From the NCBI GenBank assembly GCA_038245905.1, contig JBBRRY010000002.1, positions 96,001 through 160,000 of the forward strand: a stretch of 64,000 nucleotides of DNA, written 5' to 3'. The stretch is from Thermoanaerobaculia bacterium (GTDB taxonomy: Bacteria > Acidobacteriota > Thermoanaerobaculia > UBA5066). Of this stretch, positions 18,820-28,020 are shown one piece after another (the stretch's first letter is position 1; the number at the start of each line of letters is the position of its first letter). Position numbers and translations under genes: made by a program. Below the pieces are notes generated by a model. It ran no database searches. It saw nothing but the letters and a program-made list of their open reading frames with translations, and had not been told where the DNA came from.

Positions 18820-20790
18820 TCAGCGCTGGGGCGCGCCCGAGGCTGCGTCGATCATCGCGAGGGCGGATCGGATCTCCGGCTGGTCCGGCTTGAGCGCGAG
18901 CGACCGCGAAAGCTCGTGGCGGGCTTCCGCCAGACGGCCCTGACAGAACAGCGAGAGTCCGAGGCCGTTCCTGGACACGACGTCACCCTCCTCCTGGGCG
19001 ACCGCGTCCGCGAACGCCGCCTCCGCTCCCGCGCAGTCCTTCACCTCGAAGAGGGCGTCGCCGAGAGCACGTTTCGTCCGCGCGCTCCGAGGCAACGCCG
19101 TCGCGGCCGCCTTCAGGAAAGAGAGCCTGTGGGCGGCGACGGCGCTCGACCGCGCCGCGAGGTGCCGGTATGCGGAGGCCCGGCGCTCGACGGCCCCCTC
19201 CGGGTCGTGGTAGCCGTTTCGGAGAGCCGAAAGGAACGCGTCGTCCGCCTCGAGAAACTTCCCGAGCGCGAAGTACGCCTCCGAAACGTTCATCCAGACC
19301 TTGGGAGCGCCCGGGTCGAGGTCGAGGGCCCTCCGGTACCACGGGATCGCATCGGACGGCCGCCCGCGCTTCCTCAGGAACGTTCCGACGTTCGAGAACC
19401 CCATGGGCGTCTCGAGTCCGGCCCGCGGCACCACGGCGCTCTCGACGTGCGCCGCCTCCGTGCCCGTGAGGTATCCGAGCGAGATCAGCTTCTTCGTGAA
19501 CTCGTCCGCGACGCGTTTCTCCTCGGCCGGCCTCCCGGCGGGGACGAGCCGCTCCACGGGGCCGAACGCGGCCCAGCTCTTTGCCAGCACAGGCGCCGGC
19601 GCCTTCGCGACGATCCCCGGGACGGGGTGCCCCTCCCAGGCGGGATCGGGAGGGAGGCCGAGAAGGCGTGACATGGTCGGCGCGACGTCGAAGACGGTCG
19701 ACTTCCCCCGCGCGGAGGACGGTGCCACGGCCGGTCCGGCCGCCACGAGGATTCCAGGCGTCCGGTGCCAGAGGTACGCCGTCTCGATCTGCACGCCGGA
19801 AAAGGAGGCCGGCCGGTCCGACCCCGACCGGAAGCCGTGGTCGGAGAGGAGCAGCAGCGTCGCCCCGTCGCGTTCGGCCCGGGCGGAGAGCTCGCCCAGG
19901 AGCCGGTCTGCCTCCTCGTAGAGTCCCACCACGCCGTTTCCGTACTTCCGGAGGTCCTCCGCGGTGACTCCGGCAAGCCGTGGCGGGCTGAAGCGTCCGA
20001 GGACGTGGCCGATCTCGTCCGTCCCCTGAAAGTAGACCATCAGAAGCTCCGGCTTCTCGCGGTCGTAGAGGTCGAGGGCGATCCGCCCGGTCACGCGGGT
20101 GACGCCGAGGATCTTTCGAAAGCCGGTCACGGGATCCGCGAGGTCCTTTCTGGCGAGGACCGCCGTGTCAAACTCGGCGCGCGTCACCGCGAGCCCTCTT
20201 GCGACGTCGTCGTAAGGCGGGCTCCCCTCGCGGCGGAGGACCAGGCGCGCCCCGTCCGCCAGCTCCTCGGGCCACGTCAGCGCAGGAGAGCGCGCGAGGC
20301 TCTCGGGGTCGAAGAGGACGGGTGCGACGCGGTCGGAGACGAGGAAGCCATTTACCTTCTCGGCGGGCCACGTCGCCCACCACCCCACGACGCCGACGGA
20401 GATTCCCCGCGCCGAGGCCGCGTTCCAGATCGCGGGCACCTTCCGCGAGCGGCCGGTGACCGGGATCAGGACCCGGTTCGTCGCGTCGTTTTCCTGGAAA
20501 TCGGTCACGCCGTGGTCGACGGGCGTCCGGCCCGTCGCGATCGTCGTCCAGATGAGCGGCGACGCCATCGGCTCGAAAGTCCCGAGATCGTACGTCCGCC
20601 CGCGCGCGACAAGTCGTGCGAGGTGCGGCAGCTTCCCGTCTCTCAGCAGCGGGTCGAGAAGCCCCCAGTCCGCGCCGTCCCATCCGACGACGACGACCCG
20701 CGGCCGCGGCGGGGCGGAAGAGCCCGTTCCCGCAGCGAGCGCGAGGCCCAGGAGCGCGCCGGGCACGCGGAGGCGTCGAATCGGTCGCAC
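18820..20790 (-). CDS. Secreted AlkP-superfamily enzyme with C-terminal TPRs, copy 2
   Basis: Same motifs as copy 1 (GWDGADW, MASPLIWTTIATGRTPVDHGVTDFQE, GTDEIGHVLGR, SDHGF, FTKKLISLGYLTG); start GTG 20790 (7 nt after TAGAAT) or ATG 20799. Confidence 0.8.
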   Translation of the reverse strand: MRPIRRLRVPGALLGLALAAGTGSSAPPRPRVVVVGWDGADWGLLDPLLRDGKLPHLARLVARGRTYDLGTFEPMASPLIWTTIATGRTPVDHGVTDFQENDATNRVLIPVTGRSRKVPAIWNAASARGISVGVVGWWATWPAEKVNGFLVSDRVAPVLFDPESLARSPALTWPEELADGARLVLRREGSPPYDDVARGLAVTRAEFDTAVLARKDLADPVTGFRKILGVTRVTGRIALDLYDREKPELLMVYFQGTDEIGHVLGRFSPPRLAGVTAEDLRKYGNGVVGLYEEADRLLGELSARAERDGATLLLLSDHGFRSGSDRPASFSGVQIETAYLWHRTPGILVAAGPAVAPSSARGKSTVFDVAPTMSRLLGLPPDPAWEGHPVPGIVAKAPAPVLAKSWAAFGPVERLVPAGRPAEEKRVADEFTKKLISLGYLTGTEAAHVESAVVPRAGLETPMGFSNVGTFLRKRGRPSDAIPWYRRALDLDPGAPKVWMNVSEAYFALGKFLEADDAFLSALRNGYHDPEGAVERRASAYRHLAARSSAVAAHRLSFLKAAATALPRSARTKRALGDALFEVKDCAGAEAAFADAVAQEEGDVVSRNGLGLSLFCQGRLAEARHELSRSLALKPDQPEIRSALAMIDAASGAPQR

Positions 20791-20811
20791 CTCGGCCATT
20801 CTAGGGTCTGG

Positions 20812-20852
20812 AGAAAAACGAAGAGGGGGAGGGCCGAAGCCCTCCCCCTCTT
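20812..20852 (-). terminator. Rho-independent terminator after TBDR copy 2
   Basis: 14-bp stem AAGAGGGGGAGGGC/GCCCTCCCCCTCTT with a C(UUCG)G tetraloop on the minus strand, then CGTTTTTCT. Confidence 0.85.
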
Positions 20853-20882
20853 TCCCGCAAATGCCGGGTGAAGCGAGAAGCG

Positions 20883-23800
20883 CTAGAAGCTGACGCGGGC
20901 GCCGAGCTTGACCGACGCCGGCGCCGCCCGCCACGTGACCTTTCCGTAATTGGGATTGTAGCCATCGGGATTCTGGACCGCGGAGCAGTTGCTCACGAGA
21001 TCGGGGTTGCCGCCCGTCGGCGGATTGACGGAGCAGTCCTGATCCACGCCCCAGATGGTCTGCTTGTTCAGAAGGTTGAACCCCTGCGCGAAGAGCGTGA
21101 CGGTGATCGGGTTGAGCTTGAGCGCGTAGGACACGGACAGGTTGATGTCGTAGTCGGTGGGGAGGTTTCCCTCGGTCCCGCGCGGCGTGACGAAGTTGGC
21201 TTCGGCGCCGTAGCCGCCGTTGTAATAGCCGTACTTGCTGAGCGGCGCGCCCGACTTCACGTGCGCGTTGAAGCCCACCGTCATCCCGAATGGAGCCGTG
21301 TACGCCACATCCAGCCGGAAGGCGTGGCGACGGTCGAGGAAGAGGTTGCCCTGCGCGTACTTCAGGAACCCGGGGTAGTCGTAGTCGGCGTTGATACCGG
21401 GATCCGTCTGGCCGCCGCCGGCGTACGTGAACTCGCCGATCGACGCCTCGCCGTCGTAGTTGCCGTACACGTGAGACCAGAGGTAGCTCGCCTGGGCCCA
21501 GAGCTGGTCACTGACGCGCTTCTTCACCACCAGCTCGACGCCGTGGTACTTGCGCTCCGCGGCTGGAATCGAGACGTTGCTCGTCTGCGGTCCCGTGCAC
21601 TGCGAGTCCGGGGAATTGCCGCTCGAGTCGACGTAGTCGCGCCCGTCGCACGTGTGGACGCCGACGCCCGTCGCGAAGGGGCTGCCCGAGCCGGGGTTGA
21701 CGATGACGCACGTGTTTCCGTTGGACTCCGCGTAGCCCGCGTCGAAGTCGCACCGGTCCTCGATCACGCGGCCGAGGTTCCGGTAGATGTACCTTAGGCC
21801 GACCGAGAACGTCGGGTCGAAGGCCTTCTCGACACCGATCGTGAACTCGTCCTGGTAGATCCCCTTGAGGTCGTCCTGGAACGGCTCGTTGTTGACGCCG
21901 CCCTGCGTGAAGGGCTGGCGCTTGAGAGCCGGATCCTGCGCGACGCTCAGCGGGTCGCCGCTGAAGTTGTACGTCGTGGCGGTGATCTTGCGGTTGTAGG
22001 AGCGGACGGTCAGGTCGGTTGGCAGCGCGTAGTAGAAACGCCCGAACGAGACGGCGACCTTCGTGGAGCCGTCCTTCATCGGGTCCCACGCGATACCGAG
22101 CCGCGGCTGCCATTCGTTCTTCAGCTTGAACGTCTGGCCCCCCTCCTGGAGGACCTTGCCGGCGGCGTCGACCGCACGGTCGTTGAAAATCTCGCTCCCG
22201 TCGAACCGGCGGATGTCCTCCTGGTCGTACCGTACGCCAAGGTGGACCGTGAGGTTCGGGATCACCTTCCAGGTGTCCTGGAGGAAGACCCCGAGACGGT
22301 ACGCTCGCGGCTGCACGGTGTTTCCCCCGGGGAGGAATGCGCTCTCGAGCTTCGTCTTGTCGGTCGTGAGCGTGTAGAAGGCGTGTCCGTAGTAGAAGGG
22401 GTCGTTCGCGTGCGCGCCGGTGCAGATGGCGGTCGTGCAGTTGTACTTGAGGAGCTGCGCCCCACCGCTGTAGATGTCCGTCGACGTCGTCAGGTTGTTC
22501 TCGAAGTCGACGCCGCCCTTGATCTCATGCGACGAGAAGAAGACCGTCCCGCTCCCCTTGATGGCGTCCCGCTTGGACTCGTTGTAGTCGCGGAAGCCCC
22601 GGACGGAGCCGAAGCCGCCGGAGTCGATCGGGTTGTTGGGGTCGAACGTGTAGTCTCGGGTCTGCGCGATGCTCGCGCCCGCGCCGGTCACGGTGTAGCG
22701 GTCCATGTGGCGCGAGAAGCGCGCGTCGAAGAGGCCCGAAGCGCCGAAAATCTGCGAAATGCTCCCCGAGAAATCGGTCGCGCCGATCTTGCGCGTGCCG
22801 TCCTGCGACAGGGGATTGCTGGACGTGAAGTTGCGGAGCGCGCCCGTCCGCTCCTCCGGGTCGCCGAAGATCGTCCCGACGATCGTCGTCGAGTCGGTGA
22901 CCCGGGCCGTCAGCTTCGCGGAGAAGAGGTCGGAGTGGTAGCTGATCGGGAAGGTCTTGCCAGCGTTCGGGAGGCCCGTTCCGGCCAGCGTGTTCTGGTC
23001 GACGTCCGTGTCCACGCGGTTGTACGCACCGAAGAACCACAGGCGGTCCTTCAGGGCGTAGCCGCCAAGGTCGATGCCGTAGTCCCCGGAGCTCTGCTTC
23101 GAGGTGTCGACGCCGTACGGGGGACCCGTGAAGACCTCGTCGGTCGTCGCATCGCCTTTCCGGTCGGCGGTCAGGCTCTTGGGCTGGAAGTAGCCGAAGG
23201 CGTCGCCCTTGAATGTGTTGCCGCCCGACTTCGTGACGACGTTGATGATGCCGCCCATCGCGCGGCCGTACTCGGCCTCGTAGCCGCCCGTCTTGATCTG
23301 AACTTCCTCGACGAACTCCTGGGACAGGGCCTTCCCCTGGAAGCCACGGATGACGTTCGTCGTGTTGACGCCGTCGACGAGATACTGGTTCTCGATCGAC
23401 GTGGCGCCGTAGATGCTGAACGAGAGGGCCCGCCCCTGGGTGTCGCCCGGGTCGAGCGAGACGCCCGGGTTCATCGCCACCGCGGACGCATAGTTCCGCC
23501 CGAGCGGCATCTTCCCGACGATCTCCTGCCGGACGTTGATCCCGGACGTGGTTTCCGTGGTGTCGACGACGGGCATCTCGCCGGTCACGACAATGTCGGC
23601 TGTCTTCGAGATGTCGAGGCGGAAGGGGACGCTGGCCGTGCCGTCGAGGGTGACGACGACGCCGTTCCGCTGGACGGATCGGAAGCCCGCAAGCACCGCC
23701 GTGACGGTGTAGCTCCCCGGCGGAACGGCGGAGAACCGATAGCGCCCCGCGGCGTCCGTCGCGGCGCTCCTTACGCCCTGGAGCGACGGCGACTTCGCCT

Positions 23801-23945
23801 CGACCCTGGCGCCGGGGAGCGGAGCACCCCCGGAATCGGACACGACCCCGTCGATGGAGCCCGTCGTCTGGGCGGCTGCCGGGAGCGCCGCGGTCGAGAC
23901 CGCGACAGCGAGCACGAACGGAATGATGGATCCTCGCAATCTCAT
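20883..23945 (-). CDS. Oar-like TonB-dependent receptor, copy 2
   Basis: Same architecture as copy 1; shared QTDP.INAD.DYPG, EDRCD, LKG.YQDE, terminal GARVSF. Confidence 0.9.
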   Translation of the reverse strand: MRLRGSIIPFVLAVAVSTAALPAAAQTTGSIDGVVSDSGGAPLPGARVEAKSPSLQGVRSAATDAAGRYRFSAVPPGSYTVTAVLAGFRSVQRNGVVVTLDGTASVPFRLDISKTADIVVTGEMPVVDTTETTSGINVRQEIVGKMPLGRNYASAVAMNPGVSLDPGDTQGRALSFSIYGATSIENQYLVDGVNTTNVIRGFQGKALSQEFVEEVQIKTGGYEAEYGRAMGGIINVVTKSGGNTFKGDAFGYFQPKSLTADRKGDATTDEVFTGPPYGVDTSKQSSGDYGIDLGGYALKDRLWFFGAYNRVDTDVDQNTLAGTGLPNAGKTFPISYHSDLFSAKLTARVTDSTTIVGTIFGDPEERTGALRNFTSSNPLSQDGTRKIGATDFSGSISQIFGASGLFDARFSRHMDRYTVTGAGASIAQTRDYTFDPNNPIDSGGFGSVRGFRDYNESKRDAIKGSGTVFFSSHEIKGGVDFENNLTTSTDIYSGGAQLLKYNCTTAICTGAHANDPFYYGHAFYTLTTDKTKLESAFLPGGNTVQPRAYRLGVFLQDTWKVIPNLTVHLGVRYDQEDIRRFDGSEIFNDRAVDAAGKVLQEGGQTFKLKNEWQPRLGIAWDPMKDGSTKVAVSFGRFYYALPTDLTVRSYNRKITATTYNFSGDPLSVAQDPALKRQPFTQGGVNNEPFQDDLKGIYQDEFTIGVEKAFDPTFSVGLRYIYRNLGRVIEDRCDFDAGYAESNGNTCVIVNPGSGSPFATGVGVHTCDGRDYVDSSGNSPDSQCTGPQTSNVSIPAAERKYHGVELVVKKRVSDQLWAQASYLWSHVYGNYDGEASIGEFTYAGGGQTDPGINADYDYPGFLKYAQGNLFLDRRHAFRLDVAYTAPFGMTVGFNAHVKSGAPLSKYGYYNGGYGAEANFVTPRGTEGNLPTDYDINLSVSYALKLNPITVTLFAQGFNLLNKQTIWGVDQDCSVNPPTGGNPDLVSNCSAVQNPDGYNPNYGKVTWRAAPASVKLGARVSF

Positions 23946-23949
23946 TTAG

Positions 23950-23977
23950 ACCTCCTGAATAAAAAATGAAAAAGAAA
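23950..23977 (-). promoter_or_regulatory. U-rich translation-initiation region plus SD of TBDR copy 2
   Basis: Minus strand TTTCTTTTTCATTTTTTATTCAGGAGGT. Confidence 0.6.
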
Positions 23978-24026
23978 CAGCACGTCGACCTGCCGTCGTT
24001 CCAAACCACCCCTGAGAATTTTTCGC

Positions 24027-24055
24027 AATCTGACGCCACGGCCCCGCTCTGTCAA
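24027..24055 (-). promoter_or_regulatory. Candidate sigma70 promoter for TBDR copy 2
   Basis: Minus strand TTGACA-N17-CAGATT. Confidence 0.5.
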
Positions 24056-24078
24056 GCGTGAACCGCGGTCCCGCTGCA

Positions 24079-25788
24079 CTAATACGACGGGTTGATTTTC
24101 GCTGCCACGGGCCGATTCGAGAGCAGCACGTGCTTCCCGCTCGCCTCCCTGGCGATGATCTGCGCCTTGGTACTCGAGAGTGGGGGCCGGCCGAACTCCG
24201 AAAGGTGGTCCCGGTGCACCACGACAAGGACTCGCCGGTCCCCGTTCCAGCTCGCCGCGAACTCCTCGTCCTTCGGAAAGAGCGCCTCCGTTCCAGCGTG
24301 TGAGCGCCCGAAGTCGAGCTCGCTCCAGGAGAGAGAGGCAACAGGCGTAAGACGCTTCGCGTAGAAGGGAAGCACCTCGAGGTAGTGCCCCTTCTGCATG
24401 AGAAGGTCGCCCTCGTCGAGAATCTCGCTCACGCGCGACGTGACCGGCCACGGGGTAACGGACCGCGCGGCACCGGGCAGCACGACGAGGAGGCCCGCCA
24501 CGAACGCGAGCCAGGGAGCGGCCACCCAGGGAACGGGATCTCCCTCGCGCCTCAGGCCGAAGACTCGCGGCGAGACGTTGACGACGAAACCCCCGAGCAG
24601 CGCGCCGAGCGCGAGGAGGCCCGTGCGCCCGCTCCCGAACCGTTCGAGAAAGCCGGCGCCCCAGCCGTACGCCGCCGCCGCGGCGAACAGCAGCCCGAAG
24701 AACACGGCCGCGAGGCGACGGTCTCCCCGGAACTCCGCGCCGCGCGCGCGGGCCCGCTCGATGCCGAGCGCGAGGAGCACCGAGAGCGCGGGCCAGATCG
24801 GGAGAACGTACGGAATGAGCTTCGACCTCGACGCCGAAAAAAAGGCGAAGACGAGCAAGGCCCAGATCCAGAGGAAGGCCTCCGTGGAACGTGCCCTCCA
24901 CGCCCCGCGCGTGAAGCCGGGCCAGGACTCCCGAAAGCGCCCGAAAAAAGCCGTCCAGGGCAGGAAGCCGGCGACGAGGACCGGAATGAAATAAACGGCG
25001 GGCCCCGTCCGGCGATGCTCCGTGGTCGCGAAGCGCTGGAAGTGCTCGTGAACGAAATAGAACTGGAGAAAGTCAGGATGGCGCAGCGCCATCGCGACGT
25101 GCCACGGAACGGCCAGCGCGAAGAACAGGAGGAGCGGCCCGGGCGAGAACACGCGCCGAAGCGTGAGCCAGCGGCCCGTGACGAGCGTCCAGACGACGAT
25201 GGCGCCTCCGGGAAGGACAACCCCGATGAGCCCCTTCAGGAGGATTGCCGCCGCGCACGCGGCGTGGAACGCGTAGAGCGAGTAGCGCGAACGCCGCGCA
25301 TCCCCCGCGGCATCCGCCTCCGCGAAGGACGCAAACGCGAACGTCGCGGCCGCGAGCGCCGCCGAGAGCATGGGGTCGATGAGCGCGACCCGCGCGAGAG
25401 CGACGAGCAGGATGGAGCTAGCGAGGATGAGACCTGCGAGGAGGCTCGTCCGTGTTCCCCACCGCCGCCGAGCGAAGGCGACCGCGAGCAGGACCATCGA
25501 GACCGCGGCGAGCTTTCCCGGCAGGCGCACGGCCATCTCGGTCGGGCCCAGGATCGCGAGCGAGGCCGCGACGCTCCAGTAGTAGAGCGGCGGTTTCTCG
25601 AAGTAGAGAACGCCGTTCAGGCGTGGGGTCAGGAAATCCCCCGTGGCGAGCATCTCGCGCGGAATCTCGGCGTAGCGGCCCTCGTCCGGCTCGAAGAGCG
25701 GGACCTTTCCGGGCTCGAACACGAGGAGAAGCACCGCCAGAAGGAGGAGGACTAAGAGCGTCCGGTCGACGCGCTCGGGCCGTTTCAC
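24079..25788 (-). CDS. arnT: ArnT-family 4-amino-4-deoxy-L-arabinose transferase (GT83)
   Basis: EPDEGRYAEIPREMLATGD..TPRLNG..YFEKPPLYYW, LLKGLIG, HEHFQRF, SRSKLIPYVLP; GTG at 25788 overlaps the wzt stop. Confidence 0.8.
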   Translation of the reverse strand: MKRPERVDRTLLVLLLLAVLLLVFEPGKVPLFEPDEGRYAEIPREMLATGDFLTPRLNGVLYFEKPPLYYWSVAASLAILGPTEMAVRLPGKLAAVSMVLLAVAFARRRWGTRTSLLAGLILASSILLVALARVALIDPMLSAALAAATFAFASFAEADAAGDARRSRYSLYAFHAACAAAILLKGLIGVVLPGGAIVVWTLVTGRWLTLRRVFSPGPLLLFFALAVPWHVAMALRHPDFLQFYFVHEHFQRFATTEHRRTGPAVYFIPVLVAGFLPWTAFFGRFRESWPGFTRGAWRARSTEAFLWIWALLVFAFFSASRSKLIPYVLPIWPALSVLLALGIERARARGAEFRGDRRLAAVFFGLLFAAAAAYGWGAGFLERFGSGRTGLLALGALLGGFVVNVSPRVFGLRREGDPVPWVAAPWLAFVAGLLVVLPGAARSVTPWPVTSRVSEILDEGDLLMQKGHYLEVLPFYAKRLTPVASLSWSELDFGRSHAGTEALFPKDEEFAASWNGDRRVLVVVHRDHLSEFGRPPLSSTKAQIIAREASGKHVLLSNRPVAAKINPSY

Positions 25789-27170
25789 CGCGCACCGACC
25801 GAGACGCCGCCCGAGAACGTCCAGCGGCGCTCGGGGCGATACAGGCCCGTGCCCTGGTCCGGCGAGTCCACCTGAAAGCGACACGCGCCGCGCCAGTAGT
25901 CGTAGGGCGTCTCGCGCCGCGAATGAACCGCGACATCCAGGAGATACGTCCCGGCCCCGAGGTCGAGACGAGGCAACGTCACGCGCACCGTCGCGGGGCC
26001 GTCGAGACTCTTCGGGAGGATGCCGTCGATTTCCGTGTTCGTGCCGTGCACGCAGACTTCGTCGGGCGTGAAGATGGCGATGCCGAAGACGAAATCGGAC
26101 GTCGGAACCCGCGGCTCCGCCGCGATCTCGATCGTCACGGATTCGCCCGAACGGAACGCATAGCGCTCGACGCCAGCGGCGTCGAGCAATCTGCAGCCCG
26201 TGATCGAAACGTCCCGGTTGCCCCAGCGGCGGGGAGAAATTTTCTGTTTCGGAGGCGCCGGCTCCGCCGAAGTCGTCGCCTGCTGCAAGCCCTCTTCGGG
26301 ATCGGCTGGTTTTTCTTCGATGGGTAAAGAGGACGAAGCTGCGGCGAGAATCTTCTGATCTTTCCGGTGCTCTGTCTCGAGCCGCACGCCTTCCCCCGCC
26401 GCGACGTCGAGGCGGTAGGCCGCCAGCATCTCCCGCGGGTCACCGAGGCCCTTCACGCGGCCCTGCTCGAGATAGAGGACGCGATCGCACAGCTCCTCCA
26501 CGAGGACGAGCGAGTGCGAGACGAAGAAAATCGTCTTTCCGCGCCGCGAGAAATCCGCGATCGTGTCGAGGCATCGGTGCGCGAACGCCTCGTCGCCCAC
26601 GGCGAGCACCTCGTCCACGACGAGGATGTCCGGGTCGACGTGCACGGCCACGGCGAAACCGAGGCGCACGTACATGCCCGACGAGTACGTCTTGACGGGC
26701 TCGTCGATGAAGTCTTCGAGGCCCGAGAACGCAACGATCTCGGGGAGCTTCTTCTCGATCTCCTTGCGCGTGAGGCCGAGCATGACGCCGTTGATGATGA
26801 CGTTCTCGCGCCCCGAGATCTCGGGATGAAAGCCCGCGCCGAGCTCGATGAGGGCCGAGACCTTCCCGTCCACGAGGAGCTGACCCGACGTGGGCTTGAA
26901 GAGGCCTGCGACGAGCTTCAGGAGCGTCGACTTGCCGCTGCCGTTCGGCCCGATCACGCCGAACGTCTCGCCCCGCGCCACCGTGAACGAAACATCTGAA
27001 AGAGCCGCCACCACCTCGGACGGAGCGAGCGCGGCCCCGAGGGAACGTCCGAGGAGCGCCGACTTCAGCGTGCCGAACGCGCGCGTGCGTCCCCACTTGC
27101 GATACGCCTTCGAGAGCTGGACGGCAGTCACGGCGGCCGTGGCGGGCGTGGGGGGCGCAGCGGGCTTCAT
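25785..27170 (-). CDS. wzt: Polysaccharide ABC exporter ATPase with C-terminal Wzt_C-type domain
   Basis: GPNGSGKST, ELGAGFHPEISGREN, PVKTYSSGMYVRLGF, DEVLAVGD, RRWGN plus C-terminal Ig-like domain; start MKPAAPP. Confidence 0.88.
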   Translation of the reverse strand: MKPAAPPTPATAAVTAVQLSKAYRKWGRTRAFGTLKSALLGRSLGAALAPSEVVAALSDVSFTVARGETFGVIGPNGSGKSTLLKLVAGLFKPTSGQLLVDGKVSALIELGAGFHPEISGRENVIINGVMLGLTRKEIEKKLPEIVAFSGLEDFIDEPVKTYSSGMYVRLGFAVAVHVDPDILVVDEVLAVGDEAFAHRCLDTIADFSRRGKTIFFVSHSLVLVEELCDRVLYLEQGRVKGLGDPREMLAAYRLDVAAGEGVRLETEHRKDQKILAAASSSLPIEEKPADPEEGLQQATTSAEPAPPKQKISPRRWGNRDVSITGCRLLDAAGVERYAFRSGESVTIEIAAEPRVPTSDFVFGIAIFTPDEVCVHGTNTEIDGILPKSLDGPATVRVTLPRLDLGAGTYLLDVAVHSRRETPYDYWRGACRFQVDSPDQGTGLYRPERRWTFSGGVSVGAR

Positions 27171-27976
27171 ACAGCCTCCGGATACGAATCGCGCAGCCGG
27201 TCGAAGAGCGCGTAGCCGGCGAGAAAAGCGAAGCTCGCGATCGCGAGAAGGACGCCCCAGCGAGACGGCTCGATCCAGCGGCTGTAGAAGAACGCATCGC
27301 GCCAGGCGTCGAAGAGCGGCGCCGCCGGGTTGAGGACGAGGAGCGCGCGCACGCGCTCCTGCTTGACGTCGGAGAGCGCATAGAGGACGGGCGTCGCGAA
27401 AAACCAGAGAGACAGCACCGTCGCGAGGAGATCTTTCACGTCCCGGAAATGAACGGTGAGCGCGGCGAGGAAGAGGCCGATCCCCGCGAGGAACACTCCT
27501 TCGAGAACGATCAGCGGCAGCGCCTGAAGAAGCGGCCAGCCGATCGGGACCGCCTGGCCGAAAACACCGAAGGAGCCGAGAACGAGACCCGCGAGGAGGA
27601 CGGGCAGCGCGAAGACGAAGTGAATGCCTTGCGCGACGACCGCCACGAGCGGCAGCACCTCGGCAGGGAAGAGGATCTTCCGGAGAAGCGCCCCGTGGGT
27701 CGGGAGGGACGAGGACGCGTCCGTGAGGGCCGACGAGAGCCAGTTCCACGGGAGGAGCCCCGAGAAAAGGAAAAGGGCGTAGGGAGACGTCGACGCGCCG
27801 CGGCCCTGGAAAATGACCGCGAACACGACGGCGTAGACGGCGAGCATGAGGAGCGGATTCAGGAGCGACCAGAAGAATCCGAGGACGCTGCCGCGGTAGC
27901 GGGCCTTGAGCTCGCGGGCCACGAGCACATAGAAGAGCGCGCGATGGCGCCAGAGGCCGACGAGGTTCTTCAGCAC
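27167..27976 (-). CDS. wzm: Polysaccharide ABC exporter permease
   Basis: RELKARYRGSVLGFFWSLLNPLL, FRDV, FATPVLY, LNP. Confidence 0.88.
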   Translation of the reverse strand: MLKNLVGLWRHRALFYVLVARELKARYRGSVLGFFWSLLNPLLMLAVYAVVFAVIFQGRGASTSPYALFLFSGLLPWNWLSSALTDASSSLPTHGALLRKILFPAEVLPLVAVVAQGIHFVFALPVLLAGLVLGSFGVFGQAVPIGWPLLQALPLIVLEGVFLAGIGLFLAALTVHFRDVKDLLATVLSLWFFATPVLYALSDVKQERVRALLVLNPAAPLFDAWRDAFFYSRWIEPSRWGVLLAIASFAFLAGYALFDRLRDSYPEAV

Positions 27977-28020
27977 GCGGCGTCCATCCCGACGCGAGCA
28001 TCATACGTAGGATGAGGGTG

